From Prorocentrum cordatum (taxonomy: Eukaryota), in NCBI GenBank assembly GCA_963575745.1, contig CAUYUJ010000083.1, positions 1 through 64,000 on the forward strand: a stretch of DNA of 64,000 nt, read 5' to 3'. Shown here piece by piece: positions 14,168 to 27,000 of this stretch. The position numbers and the translations under genes are program-made. Numbering within the stretch: position 1 is the first letter of the stretch; every line of letters begins with the position of its first letter. The notes beneath the pieces were generated by a model. That model had not been told where the DNA came from. It saw only the letters and a list, made by a program, of their open reading frames with translations, and made no database searches.

Positions 14168-14447
14168 AAGCGGGAGTGGCTTGCGCGTTCAGTGAATTCC
14201 GTTGGAATTCGTCCGCCCCCCCCAATCCAGAGCGAAGTTTGAGCGAGCTCAGACCCACGCTCTCACAAACACACGCGCGAGCACGACGGCGCGGATGTTG
14301 CCATCGGTGACGACAGGAGCAGGATGCTCCACAACACCGTGACAAAAAAAACAATACACACACGTATATTTTACATACGTGTATACCCATGTACACATAT
14401 CAGAGGTTTGGCTCGAACATTCCGAGGTCTCCCAAGCGGGGACGAAA

Positions 14448-17400
14448 ATGCCCACCCCCGTGAAATTCGGGCATCTTTGTCACACGCTGGCATCCTGCAT
14501 GCGTCTCATCGCATGGAACCCGATGTCTTTGCAAGACTATGGCAATCGTCTGGTGATTTTTCGCGATTCGGAACCAATCGATGCTGTTCTTCTTCTCGGG
14601 TACCCAGACCAAAACAGCGACGGCCTACGATACCCACTCCATTACTCAATGTTTGATGTTGTGGTTCGGCTGGCACAACAAGATTCAAAACTCCACGGGG
14701 AACAAAGCTTGCGTCACGGAGATCTGGCTCAATAGACGCTGTTTCCGACGTGCGCACATCGTCAAGGCTTGGCAATTTCCCGAGGGACTTCGAGGACGCA
14801 TCGGCGCCGTGCGCGTTAAGAGCTCGCAATTCGACTACACGTTCGTCACAGTATGTTTCCCGCCACGGGCAGAGAGGAGCACCGCCGCAGCAAAGAACGA
14901 GGTCGTAGTTGACAAGATCATCGCTTACTTGCGCGAGATTCTCTCCTAACTGCCGAATCGCCCCTGCGACTTCATTGGCACCGACCTCAACGACGGCCTG
15001 CAACGCTGTGGAGATGACGGCGCGAGAGTAGGACGACGCGCTGGAAGTGTTGAGCAGTACGCAGGCGAATCCTTCCACCAGTTTATGACTGACTACGCGC
15101 TTTGCGCGACCACCACCCGCCACCCATGCGGACCGACGTGTCGCGGTTTGCGCGGACACTCCAGCAACATCGGTTACATGTCATACCGGTACGCTACCTC
15201 CCACGAGTCCGACAGCACAACGTAGCGTACCGACTCATAAAACTCCTCCGAGCTTTTTCATCGCCACGCCTCTTTGACCAGATGGTGCTGTACCTGGGCG
15301 TTGATTTGCACCCTCGCGCATGACCAGCCGCAGAAGGTGCCGCGGTGGGACTGCGCTCGAATAAATCTTGCATGGCGCAATGAACAACACCACGAGTGGG
15401 CACAACAGCTACGCGACGACATCGGGATGGATCTCGCCAACTGGTTCCGGACATGACCGACTGGGCAGGGAGGCGCGCCGTGGAGGGCGGCTGGCAACAG
15501 TTCATTGCGATCATCGGCACGCGCGCCCTGGACTGTTTCGAGACCGCATGGGCGCAGATCGACCGCGAGCTCCAGCGGCTGACCGCCTTGCGACGTGCTG
15601 CGCTACACGAGCGCGCGCTTGCGCGCAAGAACCGCGAAGGCGACCTCGAGGGCACCGTGCGACTCAGACGACGCAGCGCTGCATGCAAACGACAGCGACG
15701 ACAGCTGCGAGCGCGGCGAGACGAGCGACACTTCAAATAATTACAACAAGCAGACGAAGCAAGACACGAAGCAGAAGTGTGGCGCGCTTGCCGACGATTT
15801 GCAGGCGGCGGAAAGTCCCAGGCAAACGGTGCTATTTCGACCTGCCTGACTCCAGACATTCAATTACTACATGGGCCGAGGACATGGCACTTCTTGGCGC
15901 CGACGGCGGAATGGCAGCCCACCCAGTTGACGTCGCCCAGTTCCTCCAGACCACCGCCGGCGACGACGGCCCGTTCTGCCCTGCAGCCCACCGGTGGCGC
16001 CGCGCTGAGCACGACGTCCGTGCGATCCAACGCTGGCTGCGACGACGCCGTAGAGGGCGGCGCGCAGCGCCTGAGTGGTCCCTACCAGCGGACACATGGG
16101 CACTATTGCTGTTCGATCGAAGAGAAGATAAGGCACGCGACGATCCTCGAGCGCGAGATCCCACCATGATGTTTCTTAGTCCTCCTCTCTACGACGCCAG
16201 CCTCACGCGACTCACCGCAGTGCGGCAGCAGCAACGACTCAATGCGTGGTGGGCACTCTCTCAGGCGCACCAGGTGAGCAAGATGAACAACGAACCACGC
16301 ACGCGCGGCGCGCGACTTCTCCACGGACTTTGCCCACTCGGCAAGGCATGGGTCGCCTCGCCTCCTTGCAGACTCTCGCGACCGCGCCGCTCGACGATGC
16401 CGAGCGCGGGCACGCCCGGGCACGATCGAGATCTGCAGCCCGTGCAGTTGAGTTGGACTAGCGCTGCAATGGAGACTGCAAAAAACATCAACTCAGCGAC
16501 ATCACAACCAAGTGCGGCATGACGAACGCATTCGCCTCGGTTCTCCGCCTGTACCTCGATGCCGCAGTGGGGCAAATCTATCTGCCCGGCGACTGCGCCA
16601 TCGTGGAAGCTGCTTCATGGGCGACTCCGACGCTGCGATCGAATTCCGCGTGTCGTTCACGCCGCTGACTGCGGCCTGAGACCAGCTGCTCCAACCCGGC
16701 GCCACTGCGCCATTGCGAGTTCGCAGGTGCCAACGTCGACCTCAGCGCGCGGCAGTGCGCGGGCGACCTCGCGAAGACCCACCTCTGCTGCGACGCGCAG
16801 ATGGCCGCCTGCAAGATGCAGACTTCCGACAGCATCCTCAGGATTAGCTCCGCGAGATTGGACTCCAGCAGAACGATGGGAAGAAAGCCGCCTTCCCCAC
16901 CCTTAATGGCCCGGGTGCCCACCGCTATGCCCGTTCTCTTCGCCGCGGAGAGGTCAGGGTTGATGGCGGGGCGCGCCGCTCCGCGATTTTTCTTGGGTCC
17001 ATGATGCGAGCCAACGGACAGAACCATGTCGTGCTCGAGGCGCGCTGTGCAGCTGCGCTCGTGGATGGCGAAGTATGGGGCGCTTCTGGCTTGCCCGCAG
17101 ATGCCCTTGCCGACGGAAGATGGTGTTTCGTGGCCATGTGATCTCGGCTGCGCTTTCTGGCATGGAAGCTCGTGCGCGATCTGCGTCGCAACTTGCGCGA
17201 CTGGGCGCCCGCGTTGTCAGATGCGTTCGGGCGCTACTGCGCGGCGCCGCCCGCGTCGAGCAAACAGCCCGCGGCGACGACGGGAGCGGCGCCGAACTTA
17301 AGCGATGGCAGCGAGTGGCGCGAGATCCAGCGCGCCGCGCCCAACTGCGTGCTAGCGCGTTTGGCACGCTGCAGTGCGAGACGGCTGCGAGTGAATTCTC

Positions 17401-18761
17401 GTGGGCGCCCGTGGGGCCCGAACGGCCACCGCCAACGCATCTGGACAATATTTGGCGCAACCAGTTCTTCGATGATATGGGGCTGCTACAGGTGTCTGCT
17501 GATGGGCGCGCGTGCCTCGACGTGATTGGCGATGACATGCTGGATATTTTCCGCCCGACGTCAGGCCGTGATGCGTGTCTTGGACGGCCCCCCCCTCCGC
17601 GCAGGTAGCAGCCAGAGACAGGTGATCCCTAGCGTCGCCGCGCGCGCGGTCCCCGTGTGAAGTCGGTTCGATGTGCATGTTTGCAGCAAGAACGAAGGAA
17701 ACGCTACGGGCCTGTCAAACTATGGGCGGGGGGGGGGGGGGCGCGGGTGGATTTGCGAGCGCGCGAGATGCGCAATCGCAAACCAATGCTCAAACTGTGG
17801 TTCGACATTCGCGAGCCGACAGGCTGCGATGAACCACCTCGCTGCTGCTTATCGATCGGGTCGATGTCAGAGACATCCTTCCGTTTGCAACTTCGATGCG
17901 AACGGCTCCTTGCAGCTGGTTTCCCCGAGTGGGGGCTGCGAGCTGTCCTCTTTTTCGCTTCCTGCTCTCCAGACTCACATGGCCGACGCCCGCCTATCGA
18001 CATCTCGCCCGCGTGTCTTGGATGAGCTATCCACCCGCCGTTGGCGAGCCCGCCAGCGCGGCGGCGAGCGGCCCCGCGCCGGCGAAGCGCCGCCGACGCA
18101 GAGACAGGCCGCGTGGAGAGCCACGGATTGGTGCGATTTCCAACGAGCTGGTCGACGTGGGCTCCCTTGAGCTCGAGGAGATGGACGTGGAAGAGATGCA
18201 GCGCCTGTTCCCCGTTGTCGCGGTGCTACTTCTGATTGTCGCGGTGAGACAGCGGCACAGCGAAGCCATCCTGAGCAAGACCTGCCATCTCGCCCGGTGG
18301 CCAAAACGATCGTCGCCATCCGAGCCCGAGTGGGGGCATGGGTGCAAAAAGCGGATGGATTTCGCAGCGGCGCGCCGCGGGCGCATATCGACGCCGAGAT
18401 GGCCAGGGTTGGCGCCATCGGCGCCGCCGCAGGTCCTCTCGAAGGTCTCAGTCAGGAAGGCGCCTCCGTTGGCGGACTCAATCAGCAGAGCCTTAAGGCG
18501 CTCCGCGACGAACTCCATCATGTGGACATCAAGATTATATCCGAGCTCGTTCCGCTCGTGAAAGCCAGCGACGCGTGCGACCAGGCGCGGCGCAAGCTCC
18601 AGCTGAGCTTCCAGAAGAACAGCGACGTCGATTTCTCAGTCATCCACGACGCACCCATCCAGACGGGCACGAGCTACAAGCCAGGCCAGGGACCGATGGT
18701 GCGCGTGGGGCGCACCATCCGCGCGCAGCTGGTGAAGGTGGGCGACGAGATGATGGGCTAG
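14448..18761 (+). mobile_element. Decayed non-LTR retrotransposon (APE - RT - zinc fingers - 3' accessory ORF)
   Basis: EN-like LIAWNPMS, RGRIGAVRV, VCFPP and IGTDLND. RT-like RLLHGLCPLGKAW and MTNAFASV (16519). Thumb-like FRGHVISAALSGME. Fingers NQCSNCGSTF..H..C. Many frameshifts. Confidence 0.75.
18022..18761 (+). pseudogene. LINE 3' accessory ORF ending GQGPMVRVGRTIRAQL (frameshifted)
   Basis: ATG at 18022 after the zinc fingers, continuing in the 18297-18761 frame. Confidence 0.5.
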
Positions 18762-18843
18762 GTGGCGCGATATCTCGAATATGCTGGACGCGCCACAGCT
18801 GCGCGCAATGGGGCGCTAGCCATATTCTGCCGAATCTGAGCGA

Positions 18844-19290
18844 GGGCATGGGGGCCCCTCAACTGTGTGAGACCCTTCCAACCGATTCTCTGGGCATGGG
18901 GTGCCCTCATCCTTTGCGTTCGCCGTCGTCGCAGAGAGCCGTTGCGCCATCTCAGGGCGTGGGAGGCCCCGCTCTGCGTTCGCCGTCATCGCGTGTGGCA
19001 TCCAGAACAGGGGGGGGGGGGGGGACATTGCGTGAACAGGTCTGCCCTCTTCCTGCTCCGGGGGTCGACCCCGGCGTCTGCGCAGAGTCTGGGGGCATGG
19101 GGCGCCCCGAACTAAGCTCGCCTACGTCGCAGATGGCATCTGCGGAGTCTCAGGGCGCGGGGTGCCCCACTTGACGTTCGCGTTCGTCGCAGATGGCGCG
19201 GCGGATTCTCCGGGCATGGGGGGCCCCGCTCTGAGTTCGCCGACGTCTCGCAGAGCATCCGCATATCCTGAGGGCATGGGAGGCCCGCGT
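18844..19290. repeat. ~60-bp degenerate tandem repeat (~8 copies) 3' of the plus-strand LINE
   Basis: gggcatggg..ccccg..gttcgcc..cgtcgcaga units at ~18844, 18892, 18955, 19093, 19153, 19212 and 19272. Confidence 0.8.
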
Positions 19291-20046
19291 ATTCTAAATT
19301 TGCCATCTTCGACTGGAGCCACTTCCCTGCTATCGAAGACAGCTTCGCTGATCGCCCATGCCCGCTCTATTGCAGATCGACATCCTGTGAGCGCCCCTCC
19401 CCTGAGCCGAGCCGCCAGAGTGACCCCCATTGTCCTCCTCGTCCTTCTGAGCCTCCCCCGATCCGTTTTCGCTCCTCCTCGCGGACTGACAGTTGCGCAG
19501 GTAATCAGTTTCCCCCCTGCCGTCTTCGACGGCGCGTAGTGCTTCCGCTCCAACCAGGCTCTCGCGGCGCCAATCGGGAACGGATGCTCGAACAATGGAT
19601 GCCATTTGGAGACATCGTTAGATCCAGCAGGCTCTAAAACTGGCGGTTTTGGGTGTTTTGCCAGGGGTTCGATCCGACCCGATGCACATCGCCGCCAACG
19701 CGTAATCTTCTTTGGTCAGCGCTGGGCTAATTGACCTGCCGTGGTTCTCGCAGTGTGCGGCGCCGAGCCCTTTCTTTCGTAGGTGCGCATACTGCCAGGA
19801 GTAGATCTGGCATCGTCGAGATGAGTTCCTGATGTATGTCTAGCATAAACTTATCTGTTCGCCTCGAAGAGAACATCCCAACACAGTCTTCAAGGGCTGC
19901 CAGAGGACCCCCCAAACCTAATGATCCGAGTCTGGATCAAACACTCCACAATAGCTTCCAAAAAGGGTCACATGGTAAACCTCGGTTCCTCCAAGCGTAG
20001 ACTTCGCCTGGCGAGGATCTCGCATCAAATGGCTCAAAAACGTTTA

Positions 20047-20245
20047 TCGGCGGCGAGCGAGGGGGGAAGTGAAAAGGGGCGGGCCTTTCTCAGAAGACTC
20101 GGAATTCCCCGGGCCTTCAGAGAAGTCTTCTAACTCTTCCCCGAAAGCACGAACAGCTTTTCACAAGGGGCGAGGCCTTCTGAGAAGTCCCGCTGCCGTC
20201 TTAGAAGGCCTTCTCTTTCTCACTTCCCCCCTCACTCGCCGCCGA
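20047..20245. mobile_element. ~200-bp terminal-inverted-repeat element (MITE-like), copy 1
   Basis: Begins tcggcggcgagcgaggggggaagtga and ends tcacttcccccctcactcgccgccga. Second copy at 31727-31924. Confidence 0.7.
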
Positions 20246-20887
20246 ATTCAAGAACCAAATCCTCGATGCCCCTGCCCCCCTCTGGGGGCAGGAAGTGGAC
20301 GACCAGGGGGAGGGTTCAGAAGGGGCGCGAGCGCCGGCCTTCCTCGAGATTCGGCGCCGCGAAACAAATTGCGACACCGTGGAAAATCGCGACCAGAGCA
20401 TTCGATCAAATCTCGACATGGATTGAAGTCGGGCGTGTCCCTCCGCAGGAGGGACATTCATCAAAAATACTAACAAAAGTAGTGTGGGGACTTTTTTGTT
20501 AAAGCAAAATATGTTTGGACAATTTTTGAATACTTGTTGGATACTTTTCAGTTTCCCCCCGCAATCTGCCTGTAGGGGGACACGCCCGACCTAAACCTGG
20601 ACCGATTCCCAGATTTCCGACGTTTGGGAAAAAACTGTCCGGAAGTTCTTCGATGCTTTTTCCGCCCTTCGCCCTCGCTGGCCCTGGCCCTGGACCGTCA
20701 GAGAGCGGCTCAGGATGGAAGTCCGTGCCCAGGGGAAAAGGCCAGGGGCCTTTAGGGGACCCCGTGTTGAAAAATCAATACCTCGCAGGTTGTGGGTCCA
20801 CTAGGGACCCGGGGCCCTGAGCTTGGCGAAAACCCCCAGTGCGAAAAACATCGCGGCGCTTGGATCTCAGGGTTCGGCTCCGCCCAG

Positions 20888-21015
20888 GCGACCAGCAGCT
20901 CGCCGCGCAGTGGTTCCGCCGCGCTCTGGAGGAGCAGCCTGGGCACCCAGGCAGCCTGATGGAGCTCGGGCAGCTGATGTACAGGCCGCCGTGGCGGGGC
21001 ACCCCGGGAACGCAG
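20888..21015 (+). CDS. Putative host exon with a Sel1/TPR-like repeat (DQQLAAQWFRRALEEQPGHPGSLMELGQLMY)
   Basis: A-x-x-W-F-x-x-A...LG pattern, bounded by cccag| and cag|gtgtgg splice-like sites. Confidence 0.45.
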
Positions 21016-22199
21016 GTGTGGTGGGTCGGGGTCGGCCTCGACGTGGTTCAGCCAGTGCCCTCTGGCTGACGGGCCGGTCGGCCAGCCGGCCGATTGGACG
21101 GCATTGTCGACGCTTCCCCCTCTATACGCGTTGTCTCCCGCTCTCTCCTCCTCCTCCTCCTCGTCCTCCTCATCCTCCTCCTCCTCCTCCTCCTCCTCCT
21201 CCTCCTCCTCCTCCTGCTCCTCCTCTGACGCCTCTCATACATAATTTTCACAAGCGAATGATGTTTGGCAGATTTCTTCCATGTAGACGCCTCGGCGCCC
21301 CCTTCCGCCGCGCCTTCATGGCGCCACACGCGCGCGGAGCCGAGTCCGAGTCCGAGTCCGAGCCCTGTGGCCGACTCCGGGCTTGGAGGCCAGGAGCGTG
21401 AGGAGAAGGAGAAGCAGGAGCAGGAGGAGGAGGAGGAGGAGGAGGAGGAGGAGGAGGAGGAGGAGGAGGAGATGAGGAGGGGGAGTAGTGGACGATGGGG
21501 CGAATGAGTGAGGGAGAGGAGTGGGAGGAGGAGGAGGAGGAGAGGAGGAGGAGGGGAGGAGGAGGAGGAGGAGGAAGTAGGAGGAGGAGGAGGAGGAGGA
21601 CGAGGACGAGCAGGAGTGGAGTGGAGAGCACCAGAAAGAGACGATCAAGCGAACGCCCCCCCCCAGGCGCCCCCGCGGGCGAATCGGCTCCTTCAGCGAG
21701 GAGCCGAAAAGGCAGCCGTACCCGAAATCAGCACCACGAACTGGTCGAAGGGCACAGCGATGAGAACAATGCTGCTGGCGGCGCCCCTCGCGCCCCAGCC
21801 GCCCCTTGGCGCTCTCCCGAAAGGTGGGGGAGGTGGGGTACTGCCCCTCCGAAGAGGCGTACTCACCTGCTCCCCTAGGAGCTCTCAGCGATCACACGCT
21901 GGCGGGGGCAGCGGGCCCTACGCGCACTCCACGGTGACGGGCGAACAGCCGAACCTATGCACAATCAGGAGGTCGAAGCGACATGGGGCGGCCAGCGGCC
22001 GCGAGGGCGGCCTCCACGGCCGCCAAGGAGACGTCCAGACGCGACGTAACGGCCGCGCGGCCGTGCGACGCCGCGGCGAGACGCCTGTGCAGCTTCAGCG
22101 CGGTGGCCGACGCGGCGGACGCGGGGTCCAGCGGCGGCCTGGGTGTCGCAAGGGCCATCGGTGCCGCCTGCACGGGCCCCCGAGGCCGCGACACGGCGC

Positions 22200-22678
22200 C
22201 GCCTCCAGCTCCACGGCCTCGAAGACCTACCTCCATCTCCTCCGACCTCAGGGTCCTCGGGCTCGCTCCTCTGGGCGGGCGGGGCAGGCGGGGCGGCCAC
22301 GGCGTGGAGCTGCTCCAGCTCGGCCTCGATTTCGGCCGCGACCGCGTCTGCGGCCGCCTGCGCCAGCAGGATCTCGTCCTCGTCGTCGGCGTCCTCGTCA
22401 GCCGCGGGCGCAGCGCAGGCCTCGCCGCGGTCGCACCTCGGCGAGGGGCCAAGGGCGGGTGCGGCGGCCAGCGCCTCCTGGAGCGCCTCGGCCAGGCCCG
22501 ACAGGCGCTGCCCGCGGTGCCGCGCGATCTGGTCGAGCGCGTGCGCCAGCCGCGAAGCCGCGCGCCCCTCCGCCCGAGCGTATTGGGCCCGCCGCTGCGC
22601 AGCGGAGCGATTGGGTCGACGGCGCAGCGGGGCCGGGTCTCCAGGGGCAGCGGCGGCCATCGCGCGCGAACAGCTCAT
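22200..22678 (-). CDS. Hypothetical Ala/Arg-rich protein fragment (RSAAQRRAQYARAEGR...RHRGQRLSGLAEAL), probably repeat-associated
   Basis: Protein-like helical segment within the open frame 21965-22813. No function recognised. Confidence 0.4.
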
Positions 22679-22813
22679 CAGAAACGAGCGCGAGGCGGAG
22701 GTGGAGGACGGATCGAGACGGGCTCCCTGGCGCGGGCTCGCGGGGACGAGCGAGGGCTCGACCCGAGCTGGCGCTAGGAGGAGGCGGAGGAGGAGGAGGA
22801 GGAGGAGGAGGAG

Positions 22814-22913
22814 NNNNNNNNNNNNNNNNNNNNNNNNNNNNNNNNNNNNNNNNNNNNNNNNNNNNNNNNNNNNNNNNNNNNNNNNNNNNNNNNNNNNNNN
22901 NNNNNNNNNNNNN
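22814..22913. other. Assembly gap (100 N)
   Basis: Run of N. It hides the 5' end of the YR element. Confidence 1.
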
Positions 22914-24040
22914 GGCGGTCCCATCGCCCCAGCGGGTGGCGCGCAGCTGGGGCCACTCGTGGACGGTCCGTGGCGTCAGGCCGTGACTCTGATTGGCGCC
23001 GACTGGCGCCGAGGGGTGAATCTCGAGCTCCCGACCTTGGACGCAGCTGGAGGCATCAGCGGGACGGCCCTCTTCGAGGTAGAGGAGATCGGCACCACGG
23101 GCCCCTCAGGGCAGTACCTGAGCGCCCAGTTCAGGGGTGCGTCGCTGGCGGCCGAGTCGATGCGGCTGGACGGCCTTTTCCCGCCGCGCGGGAGCGGGCC
23201 TGCGGGCCTCCTGCACTTGTGCGGGCAGGGGCCGGCGCTGTGCGGGGACCCCGCTGTGCCAGGCCGAGGAGTCCTGCATGTCGAGTGGCTGCGGCTGCGC
23301 TCGAACCGCGGGTTCGTGGAGCCGTGGGTGCGGCCGAGCGCCTTCGGTGGGCGCGGCGGCGGCGGCGCCTTGGCGGGGGGCGCCCCAGCCGGGGGCGCGG
23401 CCCCCGACCGCCTGGCGGCAGCTGCCGCGGCGCGCGCGCAGGCTGCTGCGGCGACGTCTGGCCGCGCTGGTGGCGGTCGCGGCCGCCGCCGCCCCCGGAG
23501 CTCCTCGGCCTCGCGCAGCGACGACGACGGTGAGTCGCGTTTTCGCGAGGCCCCCCCCGCGGCGGCAGCGTACGGCTGCTGGCGGAGAAGCGCCCAGGTG
23601 CCCTGTACGACGAGGCGATGAAGAACATCGGGCGCGTCATGGGCCTGCGGGAGGGGGCGGACGGCTCAGAGGTTCGAGCGAAGGTCGTGGGCTACCTGCA
23701 GGCCGTGGTGTTCGGCCATCACCCTCCAGGGCAGATGCGGATCAACACTCAGCGGGAGCTGCAGACGCTGGCGACCGCGCTGGACCTGCTGGAGAGTGGG
23801 TGCCTGGCGGAGTTGAGCGACGTGTTGATGCAGCGCTTCAAGGCTCTGGAGCTGTCGCTGTCCGACGCGAGCTGGCAGGTGGCGAGCGAGCTGGAGATCG
23901 TGCCGGACGCGCGGCCCTCGCTGGCCTCGATGGGCGAGCAGGATCTGGCGCGGCGGGCGGCACTGCTGCGCAGGAAGCTGATGGGCGCGAAGAGCCGCGG
24001 CGGCCTCGGCGGCAAGGGTCAGGGCGAGCGACGAGCCTGA
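22914..24040 (+). CDS. Gag-like ORF1 of the YR element (frameshift in the C-run near 23555)
   Basis: HLC...C...H motif, then RELQTLATALDLL...DVLMQRFKALE...W. Position upstream of pol. Confidence 0.7.
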
Positions 24041-27000
24041 CCCGAGGAGGCGAGGCGCGGGAGCGGCGGAGCCCACTCGCCCTCGCCGAGCCGCCAGCAG
24101 GGCCGTGGTCGCGGGAAGAGCCGCGGGCGCGGCCGAGGCCGCTTCTTCCCCCTGCGGGCGGGGAGCCCAGCGCGGCCTTGGGCAGGGCCCGCAGCCGCAG
24201 CCCCGCCCGCGGGTCCGCCAGGCGCAGCGCGCTCAGGCAGCGCGGGCAGGTCGCCGTCTCCGGGGGCGCTGAGGACGCCTCGAGGCGACAGCCCGCACCC
24301 GAGGGCGGCGGACGGGCCGAGGCGTGTCTCGCTGGCGACGAGCCCGGAGCGCCACGTCTTCAGGCAGGGCCAGCCCGCGGCTGCGGCGGCAGCGGGCCTG
24401 CAGCAAGGTCCGCCGCGAGGCCCGGCCCCCCCGAGCGGCCGCCGCCGTGGCGGCAGGAAGCACCGGGGCCGGGGCCAAGGCGGCCTTCCTGCGACGCTGA
24501 GGTGAGGCAGCGAGCTGATGGTGCCAGCGCTGATGATGCGCGTGCGAGTGCGACCGAGTTTGCCGAGGTTGCCCGCTCGCGCAGACCGCCCTGGACTTCA
24601 CCGTCGCGCTCGCCGCCTCCGAGATTGGCTCCTGACCGTGGTGGTGCTGCCGCCTCTCGCCGCCCAGCGTCCTCGTCGTGCCCGCCGGCCTGCGGTGCGG
24701 ATTCCGACTGTTACGGTGATCCGCTGGCAGAGTGGCGCGAGTGGGCTGGTGCGGCGAGTGATCTTCTGCGAGAACCTTTTGACGTGGGCCCCGTGTTGTT
24801 GAACATAGTCCGCCAGTTCCCAGGCTCCTTCGGTCGCTTCGCTAGATATTCCCTCGAGGTAAAGCCACGCGAGCATCCGGCCGACATGGGAGGTCGGCTT
24901 CAGCGAGATCTGTTGCCGTTACCATACCCTTCGATCAACAGGTCCCAGATCGTCCGTCAGGGCGAGGACCCTTTGAGCGACAAGGAGTGGGAAGGACTAC
25001 GCTGCAGGCTGGTGGTCACTGTCCTGGCGCTAAACTGGGAGTCTGGGTTCCGCCGCTCCCTGAAACTGGCCAGGCCCTGCCGAGGTCGAGCCAGCGCCGC
25101 GCAGCAGGCAGCCCTGGTCGCTCTCGGCCGCCGCCTCCTCTTGGCTACGCGGGCCGAGTCTGCTCTACCGCCAGATCGTGACTGGAACGTGCGGCTGAAG
25201 GACCGCAAGATCGGCTACGGCGGGGACGAGATCTCGGCACCGCATCGGCTGACGCTGGAGCAGGTGCTGGACGGGCTGCCGCCGCCAGGCGCTCTACCGC
25301 CAGATCTTGACTGGAACGTGCGGCTGAAGGACCGCAAGATCGGCTACGGCGGGGACGAGATCTCGGCCCCGCATCGGCTGACGCTGGAGCAGGTGCTGGA
25401 CGGGCTGCCGCCGCCAGGCGTCGCGGCCTCCATCGAGGCGGCCGACCTCGCGACGGGGTTCGTGCGTGAGGCCCTCCTGGACCCGACGTTGGTGCTGCTG
25501 CCCGCTGCCCTGCGGCGGCCGGCGCCGACATCTGCGCGCGTGTGGGCCTCGCTCGAGGAGTGGCATCGGATCGCGCGGGCGCTCCGCGAGCGCGGGATGG
25601 TGTCGGCGATCCCGAGCAGCGAGATGGCCTGTCGCGACGGAGCCCCGCTCCTGAACGGGGCGTTCGGGGTGCCCAAGCCCCGCGACGAGCCCGTGGTCTG
25701 CAGCGACGGCGAGCGCAGGCCGGTCCTGAGGCTGATCGCCAACCTTATCCCCTCGAACGCGTGCCAGGAGTGCATCGTGGGAGACACCCCTGAGATGCCG
25801 ACCATGAGCCAGCTGAACGGCCTGGTGCTGACCGAGTCGGAGGATCTCCTGTGGAGCGGCGCGGACAGGAAGGCCTTCTTCTACGTCTTCCGCGCGCCGC
25901 CTGTGTGGTGGCCATACATGGTGATAGGGCCGCCCGTCCCCTCGGATTTGCTTGGCCTGAAGGACGGTGGGGCTGCGCGCATCTGCCTGCGGGTGATCGG
26001 CATGGGCTGGATCAGTGCCGTGGGCGTGGCGACCCACCTCCACCGGAACATGCTGCGGCGGAGCGCCTCTGTCCCTCGCGGCCTGCCGCCCAGCCAGGAG
26101 ATCACTCGGCGCCGACGGCTGCCGTTCAGCGTGGAGAAGCCGTGCCCTCCGGCGTGGATGGTTTACATTGACAACCTGGAGGTCGCGGAGGTCGCGAGCA
26201 AGTCCGAGGCCGCGACGTTGCGAGGGACGGTGCCCGAGCTCATCTCCGAGGCTCGTGCCTGCTATGCGGCTGCGGGCTCCCCGGGGTCGCCGTCCAAGGA
26301 CATCCATCGAGTGCCTCGAGCGACAACCTTGGGGGAGCTCATCGACGGGGTCGAGGGCGCGCGGCGCCCCCCTGCGGGTTACATTACCGAGATGGCCAGC
26401 CTCACGCTGTGGACGCTGAGCAAGAAGCGGGCCAGCATGCGGCTGGTGCGCATCCTGCTGGGCCGCTGGGTTCGAGTTCACTGCTTCCGGCGGCCGTTGG
26501 CGGCCAGCTTTGCCTGCACCTGGAAGTGGCTCGGGAACCCGCGCACTGGCGGCCGCTTCAGCGTGAGCGTGGTCGAGGACCTCTTGATGTGTCTTGCGCT
26601 GTCAGGGCTTTGCGTCGCTGACCTGCGCCTCGAGGTCGACCCCCTGGTGACCGCGTCGGATGCCTCGGAGGCCGCTGGCGCCGTGGTCTACGGCTACGCC
26701 CTCTCCGACCGCGGGCGCGCGCTGGCCGAGAGGCGGCAGCGGCCCGCGAACGCCGCCTGCGAGGAGGAGACCGCCCTCGTGACTGTCTTCGACGGCATCG
26801 GCGGTGGGCGCCGGGCTTTCGAGATCCTCGGACTGGTCCCTGCCGTGCACCTGTCATTCGAGGTTGACCCCGCGGCGGTGCGGGTGGCCCGGCGCAGCTA
26901 CCCCAGCACGCAGCACCTGGGGGACGTGACGGAGGCGGACCCGGTGGCCCTGGCAGCCCTGATGCGCGCCCGAGGCCGGGTGTCGCGTGTGCTGGTGGTG

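Noticed and set aside
23137..24040. N-terminal part of the 1407-aa ORF as true Pol start
   Set aside because: It overlaps the gag-like frame and is low-complexity. It is probably open by GC richness, so the true start is unresolved.
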